Under the pieces are notes generated by a model that searched no databases, was not told the origin of the DNA, and worked only from the letters and a program-made list of their open reading frames with translations. Below are positions 1-8,949 of a stretch of DNA of 64,000 nucleotides, in pieces. A program made the translations under genes and the position numbers. The stretch's first letter is position 1; every line of letters starts with the position of its first letter. The stretch is from a virus (taxonomy: Duplodnaviria > Caudoviricetes), in IMG/VR virus record IMGVR_UViG_3300020460_000014, positions 1 through 64,000 of that record. One strand, 5' to 3'.

Positions 1-730
1 ATCGCAAATCTGCACCTCCGATACCTACCTTTCCAACATAATCGACTCGTAGTTTTTCAGTTAATGATCCACTGCCACTAATATCACCTTCTGAAGTATA
101 AACGACGAAAGCGCCGCTACCTTCTTGTTCCGTGCCATGGTTATTATTATTTTCACCTAGCTCTGCACCTATTCTAACTTGTGGTATAGCATTTGCATTA
201 TTATCTATAAGGTTAAAATCTATAAATGTTTTTTGTTTTTGTAGATCGACACCTACGTAATTATCTAAGGATAAAAGTGTTGTACCATCTGAAGAACCTG
301 AAGTGTTAGTAGATTCATAAATGTGTAACTTTGAAGTTGGGTTAGAAATCCCTACACCAACCTTTCCAGTATTATAATAAATATCTGATCCTGATTCAGA
401 CCAAACTGAAGATCCACCGCCGCCAGAAGGAGTCATTACTGTCCAATAAAAATCATCTCCATCTTTTTTAAGAGTTAATACTTTATCTTCATCTCCATCA
501 AAATCTTCTACATTTGAATTAGAAGATGGAGTTTGACCTCCTGGATATATTCTATAATTTGCGATAGTACCTGTAAGTACTTTATAATTATAATCTGCTT
601 CAACATGCTCTAAAGCTCTGCCGACTTCACTTGGATATATAGGTTTCCAATAACCATTATCTCCTAAATGAATCTGATCTTTAAAAGCATCTGAATCTTG
701 CGCTGAATAACTATCTAACGATTTACTCAT
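1..730 (-). CDS. Tail fibre/virion appendage protein, partial (runs off window start)
   Basis: Hand translation from ATG at 730: MSKSLDSYSAQDSDAFKDQIHLGDNGYWKP...PSGGGGSSVWSESGSDIYYNTGKVGVGISNP...EKLRVDYVGKVGIG. The GKVGIG repeats are typical of Bacteroidota-phage fibre proteins. ATG overlaps the TGA of 727..1236. Not in the ORF track. Confidence 0.65.
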   Translation of the reverse strand, partial: MSKSLDSYSAQDSDAFKDQIHLGDNGYWKPIYPSEVGRALEHVEADYNYKVLTGTIANYRIYPGGQTPSSNSNVEDFDGDEDKVLTLKKDGDDFYWTVMTPSGGGGSSVWSESGSDIYYNTGKVGVGISNPTSKLHIYESTNTSGSSDGTTLLSLDNYVGVDLQKQKTFIDFNLIDNNANAIPQVRIGAELGENNNNHGTEQEGSGAFVVYTSEGDISGSGSLTEKLRVDYVGKVGIGGADLR

Positions 731-1236
731 TTTTGTTTAGTTTTTTTATAAAGGTCGATCATATTCAAATAATCTATATTATTTATTATTTCCACATAAC
801 GAATATCAAAATATCCTAGTTCTATATATGGGTAGCAAACGTATTCTTTTAATAATTTAGAAAGTGACTTTGCTAATTTATTAAGTTTTTGTAAATTATC
901 AAAATTAAATTTATTTATTTTAGAAGGATTTGCTGTTTTAAAAGCAGTTTCAAGATTATTTATAAAAATAGTGTCTTTTCCCTTCTTAAAACTAAAACTT
1001 AATAAATTATATATTCCTTCGTTTTTTGTTAGGCATGTATAAATATTAGGTTCTTTATAAGGATATAAGTCATCTATAAATAATTTAAATTCTTTTAATG
1101 AATTAAAAACTGGAATTGATTTTGTTCCGTAATCATTTTTACGATTTAGTCTTATTGAATCTATCTTACCATCACTTTGATCAATAAGTAACAGTGCATC
1201 ATAAATGTTTATTAGAGAAATTCTATCTGATACCAT
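727..1236 (-). CDS. Hypothetical protein (169 aa)
   Basis: ORF track; translationally coupled to both neighbours. Confidence 0.6.
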   Translation of the reverse strand: MVSDRISLINIYDALLLIDQSDGKIDSIRLNRKNDYGTKSIPVFNSLKEFKLFIDDLYPYKEPNIYTCLTKNEGIYNLLSFSFKKGKDTIFINNLETAFKTANPSKINKFNFDNLQKLNKLAKSLSKLLKEYVCYPYIELGYFDIRYVEIINNIDYLNMIDLYKKTKQK

Positions 1237-1613
1237 TACATATTACTTGTTATTAAAAACCCAAGAATACCTAATATTGTAGTTATAATAAGCCACCACA
1301 TTTTATTAACAGTCGCCTTCCACTTCATAAGTTCTTTGTGTTCTGTTAATAGATCAATGCCTAAATCTCCTTTTTCTTCCATCTTTTTTCTAAATTCAGT
1401 ATTCTTAAGAGTTTCTACAATAACGCCGTTATACGGATTTAAAAGCTCCCTTTTAAGCTCACTAATGTTAGATTTCATCTCATCTTGATTTTGTATTAAT
1501 TGCTTAATAGCTTGCTCAAGGTGAATTCTGTCAGGGTTTTCAAACTTCTTTTTTAATTCTGAAAACGCTTCAATTAATTCTTTAACTAATTCAGAGTTAG
1601 ACTTATCAGGCAT
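1236..1613 (-). CDS. Coiled-coil protein with C-terminal transmembrane helix (holin/XhlA-like topology)
   Basis: C-terminal WWLIITTILGILGFLIT; late-type motif at 1633-1640. Confidence 0.55.
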   Translation of the reverse strand: MPDKSNSELVKELIEAFSELKKKFENPDRIHLEQAIKQLIQNQDEMKSNISELKRELLNPYNGVIVETLKNTEFRKKMEEKGDLGIDLLTEHKELMKWKATVNKMWWLIITTILGILGFLITSNM

Positions 1614-1649
1614 TTTAATCTATATTTTTTAGTATATATCAAGATCTTT

Positions 1650-2642
1650 TTAAACTAAAGACTTCAAATATTCTAAATCATGATTGACTATTGCTAAACA
1701 ATAATCGCCTGCTGTTGTTGGTAGTTTATCAAATTTTAAATTTTTATATAATCTAGTAGGATTTCCTCCTCTTCGCTTTTTAATCTCTCTTAAAGTTAAA
1801 TCCTCTTTTTCTTTATTTTCAATAAACCATTGCACTTTGTCGAAATGTCTTCCGTCTATATCTTTACATTGCCAAGCATGTATTTGTTTCACATATGAAT
1901 CTATGATTTCAGGACCACACCATACATCTACGGTTCCTTGTCTAACAAAAGAAGGATTAAAAAGATGACTTACTGCCAATTCGATAGCATACATTGATGC
2001 TATTCCCCAAAACCAGCCAGGCCATTCTCCCTCATATTTGCCATTTTTAAAACAAATTTCTAAAATATATCTTGTAAGTTTAAAATGATAATGTGTGGTT
2101 GTGATCACGTCTTGTGTTAATCCTAAAATACTAGCACCTACATTTTTTATTCTATTATTATTTAAATTTAAGGTATCTCTTATTTCTTTTAATTTAGATT
2201 CGACCTCTTCTATTTTAGAAGTATCGTTCATTGTAAAAGTTTGGGCACCTAATCCTATTTCAATAGTTTTTATAGAAGAATGTTCTTTAAACCCTTTTGT
2301 TAAAAAAGTATCACAGTCTGTTCTAAATATAAAATCATAATTTTTAATTATAAAATTTATATTTTCTTCAAACTCAAACATCCCAAATGAATTGACATAT
2401 TTGTAACGGTTCCAATATTTGTCTTTTTCATATAATGGAATTGTTGGCTTTACAACTAAGCCTTCTGCCTTATATTTTTCTGAAATTGTTTTTTCTATTT
2501 TAGGATTTACAAATGCAACTAAATCCCAAGTCTTATTTATATCCCAGAGTAACCAAGATTTCCATAACCATGAAAATTCAATTTCGCCTTTTTCATGGGC
2601 ATCAATATAAACTACGATTGCCTTCTTATTTTTTAGAGACAT
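1650..2642 (-). CDS. Putative GT-A-fold glycosyltransferase-like protein (DUF7164-like)
   Basis: YDFIFRTDCDTFLT DxD motif, late IHAWQ His motif; family recalled from memory. Confidence 0.45.
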   Translation of the reverse strand: MSLKNKKAIVVYIDAHEKGEIEFSWLWKSWLLWDINKTWDLVAFVNPKIEKTISEKYKAEGLVVKPTIPLYEKDKYWNRYKYVNSFGMFEFEENINFIIKNYDFIFRTDCDTFLTKGFKEHSSIKTIEIGLGAQTFTMNDTSKIEEVESKLKEIRDTLNLNNNRIKNVGASILGLTQDVITTTHYHFKLTRYILEICFKNGKYEGEWPGWFWGIASMYAIELAVSHLFNPSFVRQGTVDVWCGPEIIDSYVKQIHAWQCKDIDGRHFDKVQWFIENKEKEDLTLREIKKRRGGNPTRLYKNLKFDKLPTTAGDYCLAIVNHDLEYLKSLV

Positions 2643-5334
2643 TTTCTTTTTTAAAACTTTCTAAAGTTAAAATATTAGAGTATTCTAACTTATTATCAAC
2701 TGATTCCAATGCTTCGTCTACGATTGCTAATTGCTCAGATAAGAACTTTAGTTTAGTTTTATTATCACCGTGTCTTTTTATAAGAGATGTTATGTAGTTT
2801 CTAAATAATTGAAAGTTTTGTAAAATATCTCCTCTTGTTGGTTCTATTTTACTATCATCTCCATTCATGCCTGAAACTGCTTTAGCACCATCAACAATTC
2901 TAGAATCTAATTTTTTAAGATAATCTTTAAGGGTTAACATCTTAGCTTCATTAACTGATTCAAAAACAATCTTCATGTCCTTATCAGAAACAAAATATGC
3001 AGTCATATTTCTAGAGCCTCTTTCTAATCTATCTGCTTCTTTTTTAGCATCTTTGTATGATTTAAACTCCTTTGGTTTATCAAGGTCTTTAACCAATGAC
3101 ATACCCTGTCCTCTGCCTAAATTACGAGTAATATAATATTTGCCTTCATTGACTGATTCTGGAAGTGGTTTTGGGTCTTCATACCTTAATTTCTTATACC
3201 ATTGATTTGACAAAATATAATCAGCCGCAAAATCTTTTAGTTCCTTTTCGCTACCAAATCTTCTACCACCTTTATCTATATCATGTCCTTTATAGTATAA
3301 ATTATAATTGGCTCCTTTACTATCTTCTTTAGTTTTAAGATAAACTATTTCGTCGTTACCAATATATTTGTCTGGCATTTTGCCTTCATTAATAAAATCA
3401 CTAAAAGATTCTAATGTCAGCATGTTTTTGAATGAATCTTTATTTTCTAGCATAGGATATTCTTTCTTGATACGTTTTTCAACTTTCTTTAAATTAGCAG
3501 CACTAACATGATCTGCTGCATATTGTAAAAAGTCTTTAAGACTTGTAATATCTATATCTGCTAATTCATGTTGAGTTCTAGAATATGGAGCTAACATATC
3601 GATGAATTTCATTTGGTGATCTCTTGTAAACTCTTTGTCCTTTTTAGGTTTTCCACCATACTTTCTTTCCCAAGAATGAAAATCTTCTTTCTTTTGAATT
3701 TCCCATTTCCACATATCATTGTCTTGTTCGTGTTTAGACCTACTAGAATCTGGCGCACCATAATTACTCTTAATAGTTTTTAAATCAAGATTGTCATCAA
3801 CTCCTTTAAGAGCCTTAATAATATCATTTTCAATATCTGGCTGGCCAATAGTTGTAATAATTATTCTATCGCTAATATCATGTACAGCAGTTTTACCACC
3901 TCTTGCGGCCATTTTATGATAGTCCTTAATACCTTCGATATTTTTAACTTTATCTCCGATTTCTAAAGGGTATTTCCAATAGTGCTTTTGACCTTTATAA
4001 CCTAAATTGTAAGGAAATGGAGCTTTACCTTCATTAACTGATTCATAAAATGGGTTTACACCGGGATGAATAATAATGTCATATTTAGTACTCAATTGTT
4101 TGCGAATCTCTTCTTTTTTCTTATTATCAAAATCATTAGGATTAATATTCTTTTTCTTTAAGTACCAATCGATAAAAACATCCAAGTCTCCTTCATATGC
4201 TTTGGATGCACCAAGAGCAGATGCGGTTAATTCTTTTCCAGCGGTTTTAATCATGTGACTCATATTTAACTTTCCCGGAGGCCATGTTACTATTTTTTCA
4301 CCATCCCAATAAGTAACCTTTTTCCTTCTACCTGTAGCCGGTATCAACTCTTCCATCTTATATTCCTTATAGGAAGACCATCTTGCAAACGGTTCTTCTT
4401 CATTATTCCATTCATCATTATACTCTACTTGGTCAATCGGCAATATAATAATTTTTCCGGACCAAGTATTAACTTCTACGTTTTTACCTTTAACTGATAA
4501 AACCAGTCCGTTTGCCCATTCAACGTCGTATTTAGGTTTGCGGTGACCATCTCTGGTTATGACAGATGCAGACCAATCTTCTGGATATATTTGGTTAACA
4601 AAATCACCAACTTTAATTTTTGTTTTATTTGTTTTCTTAGTACTAATATCTTCATTTAAAAAACTCTCTAAAACTTTACCACCTTTATCATGTTTTTGAA
4701 GTAATTTAATAATCTTCTTTTCTTCAGCCTTATTCTTAGCAGGTATTTCTAAAATATAATCGCCGACATATGCTCCTTTTTCTTTATGATAAAAATGATC
4801 TGCTTGGTACCCTTCCTTTCCCATCATGATTTGAAGATATTTATATCCTCCACTGTGTTCAGGTTTCCATTTTACAACATCTTTACCGCCCCAACCTTTT
4901 GCTTCATTAGCTATTTCTAATCCTACATCAGCGTCTAATCCATTAATATGTTTTTGAACAATTTTTTCAGCCTCTTTTTTCTCAGCAGTTTTAGTCTTTA
5001 ATACTTCTAAATATTTCTTCTCATCTTTAGAGTTACCTTTATCTTTAGCATCTCTCCATAAAAGAACAGTATCTTTCATTTCTTGAGTAACTTTTGCTAA
5101 ATTATTTAAAGCCTTATCTAATTGTTTTCTTGTAACTTTCTTCTCACTAAGTTGTTTTAGACTTTCCATGCATTGCATTGACCATTGAGTTCCTAAATAA
5201 TAGGCTGTATACTCTTCTTTTGACATTCCATGAATTTGAGCATTCATTTCTAAATAGTCTTCCCAAACACTAGAATGTTGAATTGCTAAACCATTTACTA
5301 AAGTAATAGTTTCTAGAGTTAATAAATTATTCAT
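2626..5334 (-). CDS. 902-aa putative capsid-internal (ejected) polyprotein
   Basis: Three ESVNE motifs, plus LTLESFSDFINE, VLESFLNE and C-terminal LTLESF; these resemble T4 capsid-targeting/gp21 cleavage motifs. Lys/Glu rich. Confidence 0.6.
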   Translation of the reverse strand: MNNLLTLETITLVNGLAIQHSSVWEDYLEMNAQIHGMSKEEYTAYYLGTQWSMQCMESLKQLSEKKVTRKQLDKALNNLAKVTQEMKDTVLLWRDAKDKGNSKDEKKYLEVLKTKTAEKKEAEKIVQKHINGLDADVGLEIANEAKGWGGKDVVKWKPEHSGGYKYLQIMMGKEGYQADHFYHKEKGAYVGDYILEIPAKNKAEEKKIIKLLQKHDKGGKVLESFLNEDISTKKTNKTKIKVGDFVNQIYPEDWSASVITRDGHRKPKYDVEWANGLVLSVKGKNVEVNTWSGKIIILPIDQVEYNDEWNNEEEPFARWSSYKEYKMEELIPATGRRKKVTYWDGEKIVTWPPGKLNMSHMIKTAGKELTASALGASKAYEGDLDVFIDWYLKKKNINPNDFDNKKKEEIRKQLSTKYDIIIHPGVNPFYESVNEGKAPFPYNLGYKGQKHYWKYPLEIGDKVKNIEGIKDYHKMAARGGKTAVHDISDRIIITTIGQPDIENDIIKALKGVDDNLDLKTIKSNYGAPDSSRSKHEQDNDMWKWEIQKKEDFHSWERKYGGKPKKDKEFTRDHQMKFIDMLAPYSRTQHELADIDITSLKDFLQYAADHVSAANLKKVEKRIKKEYPMLENKDSFKNMLTLESFSDFINEGKMPDKYIGNDEIVYLKTKEDSKGANYNLYYKGHDIDKGGRRFGSEKELKDFAADYILSNQWYKKLRYEDPKPLPESVNEGKYYITRNLGRGQGMSLVKDLDKPKEFKSYKDAKKEADRLERGSRNMTAYFVSDKDMKIVFESVNEAKMLTLKDYLKKLDSRIVDGAKAVSGMNGDDSKIEPTRGDILQNFQLFRNYITSLIKRHGDNKTKLKFLSEQLAIVDEALESVDNKLEYSNILTLESFKKENVSKK

Positions 5335-5373
5335 TATAAAAAATTTTGTTTTTTTATATATTCTTTTAAAAAA

Positions 5374-5502
5374 CTAAACTTTTTCTTCGTGATATTTTTC
5401 GTTTATGTATTCATACCACTCATCGTGCTTTCTTCCATTAACGAAAAACCATCCTAAATGAATATCAAACCATTCTGTTATTTTATCTAAATTCCTTTTC
5501 AT
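5374..5502 (-). CDS. Small hypothetical protein (42 aa)
   Basis: Hand translation MKRNLDKITEWFDIHLGWFFVNGRKHDEW...; TAATG coupling to upstream ORF. Confidence 0.55.
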   Translation of the reverse strand: MKRNLDKITEWFDIHLGWFFVNGRKHDEWYEYINEKYHEEKV

Positions 5503-5645
5503 TAGTTATAAAAATATGAGTATCTGATTGCCATTAGTCTTCTTGCTATTTTGAAATCTTTTACTCTGTTTAACTTTAAACCGTGTTCCTTTGCTATTAA
5601 ATTTAAGGCAGGAAGGGCCTTGCTAATTGTCATTTTTCCAATCAT
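5502..5645 (-). CDS. Small hypothetical protein (47 aa)
   Basis: Hand translation MIGKMTISKALPALNLIAKEHGLKLNRVKDFKIARR... Confidence 0.5.
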   Translation of the reverse strand: MIGKMTISKALPALNLIAKEHGLKLNRVKDFKIARRLMAIRYSYFYN

Positions 5646-5651
5646 TGCTTT

Positions 5652-5858
5652 TTATTTAATCCAATCATTATATGCATGTTGATAGGCCTCAACTAATTCT
5701 ATTAAAGGATGCCTTTCAATATATTTCTTTGCAGTAAGTTTGACCTCCTGTTCTAATCCATAGGCTTTTGCCTCTTTAAGGATTAACTCTACATGTTCGT
5801 AGTCTTTTTGTGTATTTTGCTTGAACTTTTCCATATTATGCTGCTTTTTGAAAATCAC
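5652..5858 (-). CDS. Hypothetical early protein
   Basis: ORF track; true start may be the internal MEKFKQ. Confidence 0.55.
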   Translation of the reverse strand: MIFKKQHNMEKFKQNTQKDYEHVELILKEAKAYGLEQEVKLTAKKYIERHPLIELVEAYQHAYNDWIK

Positions 5859-6285
5859 TTAAATTATTATTAACAATTTCTATCAACTCTTTCTCTACCT
5901 TTCTACCAAAATCCGTATGATCAATACCTCTCTCCATTAAAAATAATTCAACAGTGTAAAGATCTAACAATTCACGTGTATTAGCCATTTCACCTTGTAG
6001 CATCCATTTAAGTGCTGTCTTTCTATCTCCAGCGCCAAGATGTTTAATCTTTTGAAGATCTTTTTTAAACCTGGTAACGCACCTTTTAGAATATTCCTTT
6101 TCTCTTCTGGCTTCTTCTTCAGCCTTAAAATAAAGATCATTAACAAAATCAGCAAGCTGCTCAAAAGACCATTCATGGAAATTATAACCTCTTGGTCTAA
6201 ATCCGTTAACGTCTTTAAAAAGATCTGAGATCCACATTAAACATTCTGTTTTTTCTGCTTCTGTAGTGATTTTAAAATTTGCCAT
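5836..6285 (-). CDS. Hypothetical early protein (149 aa)
   Basis: First gene behind promoter copy 1; WISDLFKDVNGFRPRG motif recalled from other phage early proteins. Confidence 0.6.
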   Translation of the reverse strand: MANFKITTEAEKTECLMWISDLFKDVNGFRPRGYNFHEWSFEQLADFVNDLYFKAEEEARREKEYSKRCVTRFKKDLQKIKHLGAGDRKTALKWMLQGEMANTRELLDLYTVELFLMERGIDHTDFGRKVEKELIEIVNNNLSDFQKAA

Positions 6286-6290
6286 GTTAT

Positions 6291-6388
6291 ACTGTTTTAA
6301 TGTTTGTTATTTATAATATAAATATAAACAAAATCCTTGACATAAAAAAATCCGGGCGCACTTTTTTTCAAAAAAGTTATTAACATTT
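6291..6388 (-). promoter_or_regulatory. Repeated early promoter, copy 1
   Basis: Minus strand ...GTGCGCCCGGATTTTTTTATGTCAAGGATTTTGTTTATATTTATATTATAAATAACAAACATTAAAACAGT; TATATTTA resembles the Bacteroidota -7 element TAnnTTTG. Confidence 0.8.
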
Positions 6389-6647
6389 ATACCGTTTTAA
6401 GTTCTTCAATAGATTTAATCTTTGTGATATCTAAAAGACCCAGCCAGTTTAAACAATGAGTGTTTTTTGTCTTCTGTTCTTTAAGATCAACATACTCATT
6501 TCCTGTTGCCTTTAGATAAATCTTAGTTTTAAATTGTTTATCTAATATCTCTTTTAATCTAAAAAGAATCTGAGTATTATTGAAATCTTTGTAAATTACT
6601 CTGTAATATTTTCCTTGAGTTAGGTTTTTTATTTCGGATTTTCGCAT
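6387..6647 (-). CDS. Hypothetical early protein (86 aa), duplicate copy A
   Basis: Identical to 7254..7514. Confidence 0.65.
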   Translation of the reverse strand: MRKSEIKNLTQGKYYRVIYKDFNNTQILFRLKEILDKQFKTKIYLKATGNEYVDLKEQKTKNTHCLNWLGLLDITKIKSIEELKTV

Positions 6648-6659
6648 AATATTCTATTT

Positions 6660-7151
6660 TTAATGGTTATTGTATTTGTATGCTTTATCAGCATGTGACT
6701 TAGCATTCAATTTATTCCAAAGATCATAATCAACCATTTTAGGGAATGCTTCATGCATTGTTCCTATATCTAAACTTTCTAAAATTGATTTATCGATACT
6801 ATGGAATGCAGTACCTTTTTTGGTTAAAACGTTAACCCATAATCCTTTATGATCTTCTGTAGGATTTTCAGCATCTAACCAAACTTGTATATTTTGAGTC
6901 GATTTACCCATATAATATGGTAATGCAGTTGGTTTTAAATTGTTATGTTCAAATATAGTTACAAAACCAGCTCTTGCCTTAGCAACCTGTCTAAAATTAT
7001 ATTCTTTATTAGGATCTAAATGGTTGGAAACTGTAAATTCTACGTATTTATTATCTCTTGTATATTGACCAACTTTACCATACCAAAAGTTGGCAGCGTG
7101 AGAAGGTGCTGAATTTGCTGTGTCAATAGGATTGTAAGTTGAATTTGCCAT
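6660..7151 (-). CDS. Hypothetical early protein (163 aa), duplicate copy A
   Basis: Identical to 7527..8018. Confidence 0.7.
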   Translation of the reverse strand: MANSTYNPIDTANSAPSHAANFWYGKVGQYTRDNKYVEFTVSNHLDPNKEYNFRQVAKARAGFVTIFEHNNLKPTALPYYMGKSTQNIQVWLDAENPTEDHKGLWVNVLTKKGTAFHSIDKSILESLDIGTMHEAFPKMVDYDLWNKLNAKSHADKAYKYNNH

Positions 7152-7157
7152 AATGTT

Positions 7158-7255
7158 ACTGTTTTAATGTTTGTTATTTATAATATAAATATAAACAAAA
7201 TCCTTGACATAAAAAAATCTGGGCGCACTTTTTTTCAAAAAAGTTATTAACATTT
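7158..7255 (-). promoter_or_regulatory. Repeated early promoter, copy 2
   Basis: Same element at the duplication junction. Confidence 0.8.
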
Positions 7256-7514
7256 ATACCGTTTTAAGTTCTTCAATAGATTTAATCTTTGTGATATCTA
7301 AAAGACCCAGCCAGTTTAAACAATGAGTGTTTTTTGTCTTCTGTTCTTTAAGATCAACATACTCATTTCCTGTTGCCTTTAGATAAATCTTAGTTTTAAA
7401 TTGTTTATCTAATATCTCTTTTAATCTAAAAAGAATCTGAGTATTATTGAAATCTTTGTAAATTACTCTGTAATATTTTCCTTGAGTTAGGTTTTTTATT
7501 TCGGATTTTCGCAT
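7254..7514 (-). CDS. Hypothetical early protein (86 aa), duplicate copy B
   Basis: Identical to 6387..6647. Confidence 0.65.
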   Translation of the reverse strand: MRKSEIKNLTQGKYYRVIYKDFNNTQILFRLKEILDKQFKTKIYLKATGNEYVDLKEQKTKNTHCLNWLGLLDITKIKSIEELKTV

Positions 7515-7526
7515 AATATTCTATTT

Positions 7527-8018
7527 TTAATGGTTATTGTATTTGTATGCTTTATCAGCATGTGACTTAGCATTCAATTTATTCCAAAGATCATAATCAA
7601 CCATTTTAGGGAATGCTTCATGCATTGTTCCTATATCTAAACTTTCTAAAATTGATTTATCGATACTATGGAATGCAGTACCTTTTTTGGTTAAAACGTT
7701 AACCCATAATCCTTTATGATCTTCTGTAGGATTTTCAGCATCTAACCAAACTTGTATATTTTGAGTCGATTTACCCATATAATATGGTAATGCAGTTGGT
7801 TTTAAATTGTTATGTTCAAATATAGTTACAAAACCAGCTCTTGCCTTAGCAACCTGTCTAAAATTATATTCTTTATTAGGATCTAAATGGTTGGAAACTG
7901 TAAATTCTACGTATTTATTATCTCTTGTATATTGACCAACTTTACCATACCAAAAGTTGGCAGCGTGAGAAGGTGCTGAATTTGCTGTGTCAATAGGATT
8001 GTAAGTTGAATTTGCCAT
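7527..8018 (-). CDS. Hypothetical early protein (163 aa), duplicate copy B
   Basis: Identical to 6660..7151. Confidence 0.7.
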   Translation of the reverse strand: MANSTYNPIDTANSAPSHAANFWYGKVGQYTRDNKYVEFTVSNHLDPNKEYNFRQVAKARAGFVTIFEHNNLKPTALPYYMGKSTQNIQVWLDAENPTEDHKGLWVNVLTKKGTAFHSIDKSILESLDIGTMHEAFPKMVDYDLWNKLNAKSHADKAYKYNNH

Positions 8019-8024
8019 AATGTT

Positions 8025-8122
8025 ACTGTTTTAATGTTTGTTATTTATAATATAAATATAAACAAAATCCTTGACATAAAAAAATCTGGGCGCACTTTTT
8101 TTCAAAAAAGTTATTAACATTT
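8025..8122 (-). promoter_or_regulatory. Repeated early promoter, copy 3
   Basis: Same element; identity ends at 8122. Confidence 0.8.
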
Positions 8123-8296
8123 CCAGTTACTTATAAACAGTCCATTATATTTCTTAATCCATGAAAGTTGTTCTCCTCCTTTTGTTGTTTTAATCTTAGA
8201 AATAATTTCACTCTTTAATTCAAGCTGCCTATTAAAAGATTTAGTTAAAATAGCAATAAATTTTTCTGGGGGAGTATGATGGTCTAGTATTACCAT
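8114..8296 (-). CDS. Hypothetical protein (60 aa)
   Basis: ORF track; its stop codon lies inside promoter copy 3. Confidence 0.45.
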   Translation of the reverse strand: MVILDHHTPPEKFIAILTKSFNRQLELKSEIISKIKTTKGGEQLSWIKKYNGLFISNWKC

Positions 8297-8667
8297 AAAA
8301 TGGCTCCAGACGCTTGAGAAAGATCAGTTCCAAAATCATTACTTCTTTGTATTATTGGAATAGAATAAACTATTATCTCTTCTATGTTATCTAAACTTTC
8401 TATTTTTTTAGGAAATTCATATTCGTAAAACATTGAATTTGATGAAAATTGAAGTCTCTTTTTAGTTAAATTTCTTTTAGTTGTTTCTAAATTGTTTATA
8501 AAGTTTTTAAGATCTAGAAGAAGCATCTTATTTTTAAGAAGCCATGGTGAGAATTCTAAATTAACATATAATTCATCTACTTTTACACTATAATTTAGGA
8601 CTTTATATTTTTTTAATTCAAAATCTAATGGCGGTTCTATGAAAAATGTAAATTCTAAAGGTTCCAT
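8290..8667 (-). CDS. Hypothetical protein (125 aa)
   Basis: ORF track; TATATAAT element just upstream. Confidence 0.6.
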   Translation of the reverse strand: MEPLEFTFFIEPPLDFELKKYKVLNYSVKVDELYVNLEFSPWLLKNKMLLLDLKNFINNLETTKRNLTKKRLQFSSNSMFYEYEFPKKIESLDNIEEIIVYSIPIIQRSNDFGTDLSQASGAILW

Positions 8668-8687
8668 ATTCTAGAATTATATATTAA

Positions 8688-8712
8688 TAAAAAAGGACTC
8701 TATTGAGTCCTT
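8688..8712 (-). terminator. Rho-independent terminator
   Basis: AAGGACTC-tatt-GAGTCCTT stem followed by a U tract on the minus strand. Confidence 0.8.
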
Positions 8713-8719
8713 AATCCTT

Positions 8720-8893
8720 TTAAGCTGGGCCACCTACTCCGAAAAGAAACGTTTCATCATCTAAATCATTGTCTCCACCTTTTAAAATAATGATAAATGG
8801 TTTATCGCTATCTTCTAAGGCTTTTCCAAATTCTTCATGAATTTGATCTGGTTTCATTTCAGAAGTGTTGGCTTCTTCTGAAATGTTGTCCAT
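8720..8893 (-). CDS. Small acidic protein (57 aa)
   Basis: Hand translation MDNISEEANTSEMKPDQIHEEFGKALEDSDKPFIIILKGG...; flanked by GATATATA (8927-8934) and a terminator. Confidence 0.6.
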   Translation of the reverse strand: MDNISEEANTSEMKPDQIHEEFGKALEDSDKPFIIILKGGDNDLDDETFLFGVGGPA

Positions 8894-8949
8894 CTTTAAT
8901 AGTATTTTTAGGGTTTAATAATAATTTATATATCTTAGTGTAAAAAAGT

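Larger units (their letters stand above)
6291..8122. repeat. 867-bp direct tandem duplication (2 full units plus a third 98-bp promoter copy)
   Basis: 6291..7157 matches 7158..8024, and 8025..8122 repeats the first 98 bp. Both ORF pairs translate identically; one mismatch was seen (6353 C vs 7220 T). Confidence 0.95.

Noticed and set aside
6337-6342. TTGACA in the repeated element read as a plus-strand sigma70 -35 box
   Set aside because: No TATAAT 17 bp downstream and no plus-strand gene follows most copies; every copy points to minus-strand starts
6291-8122. CRISPR array or transposon
   Set aside because: Units are 867 bp with identical genes rather than unique spacers; no transposase or terminal inverted repeats
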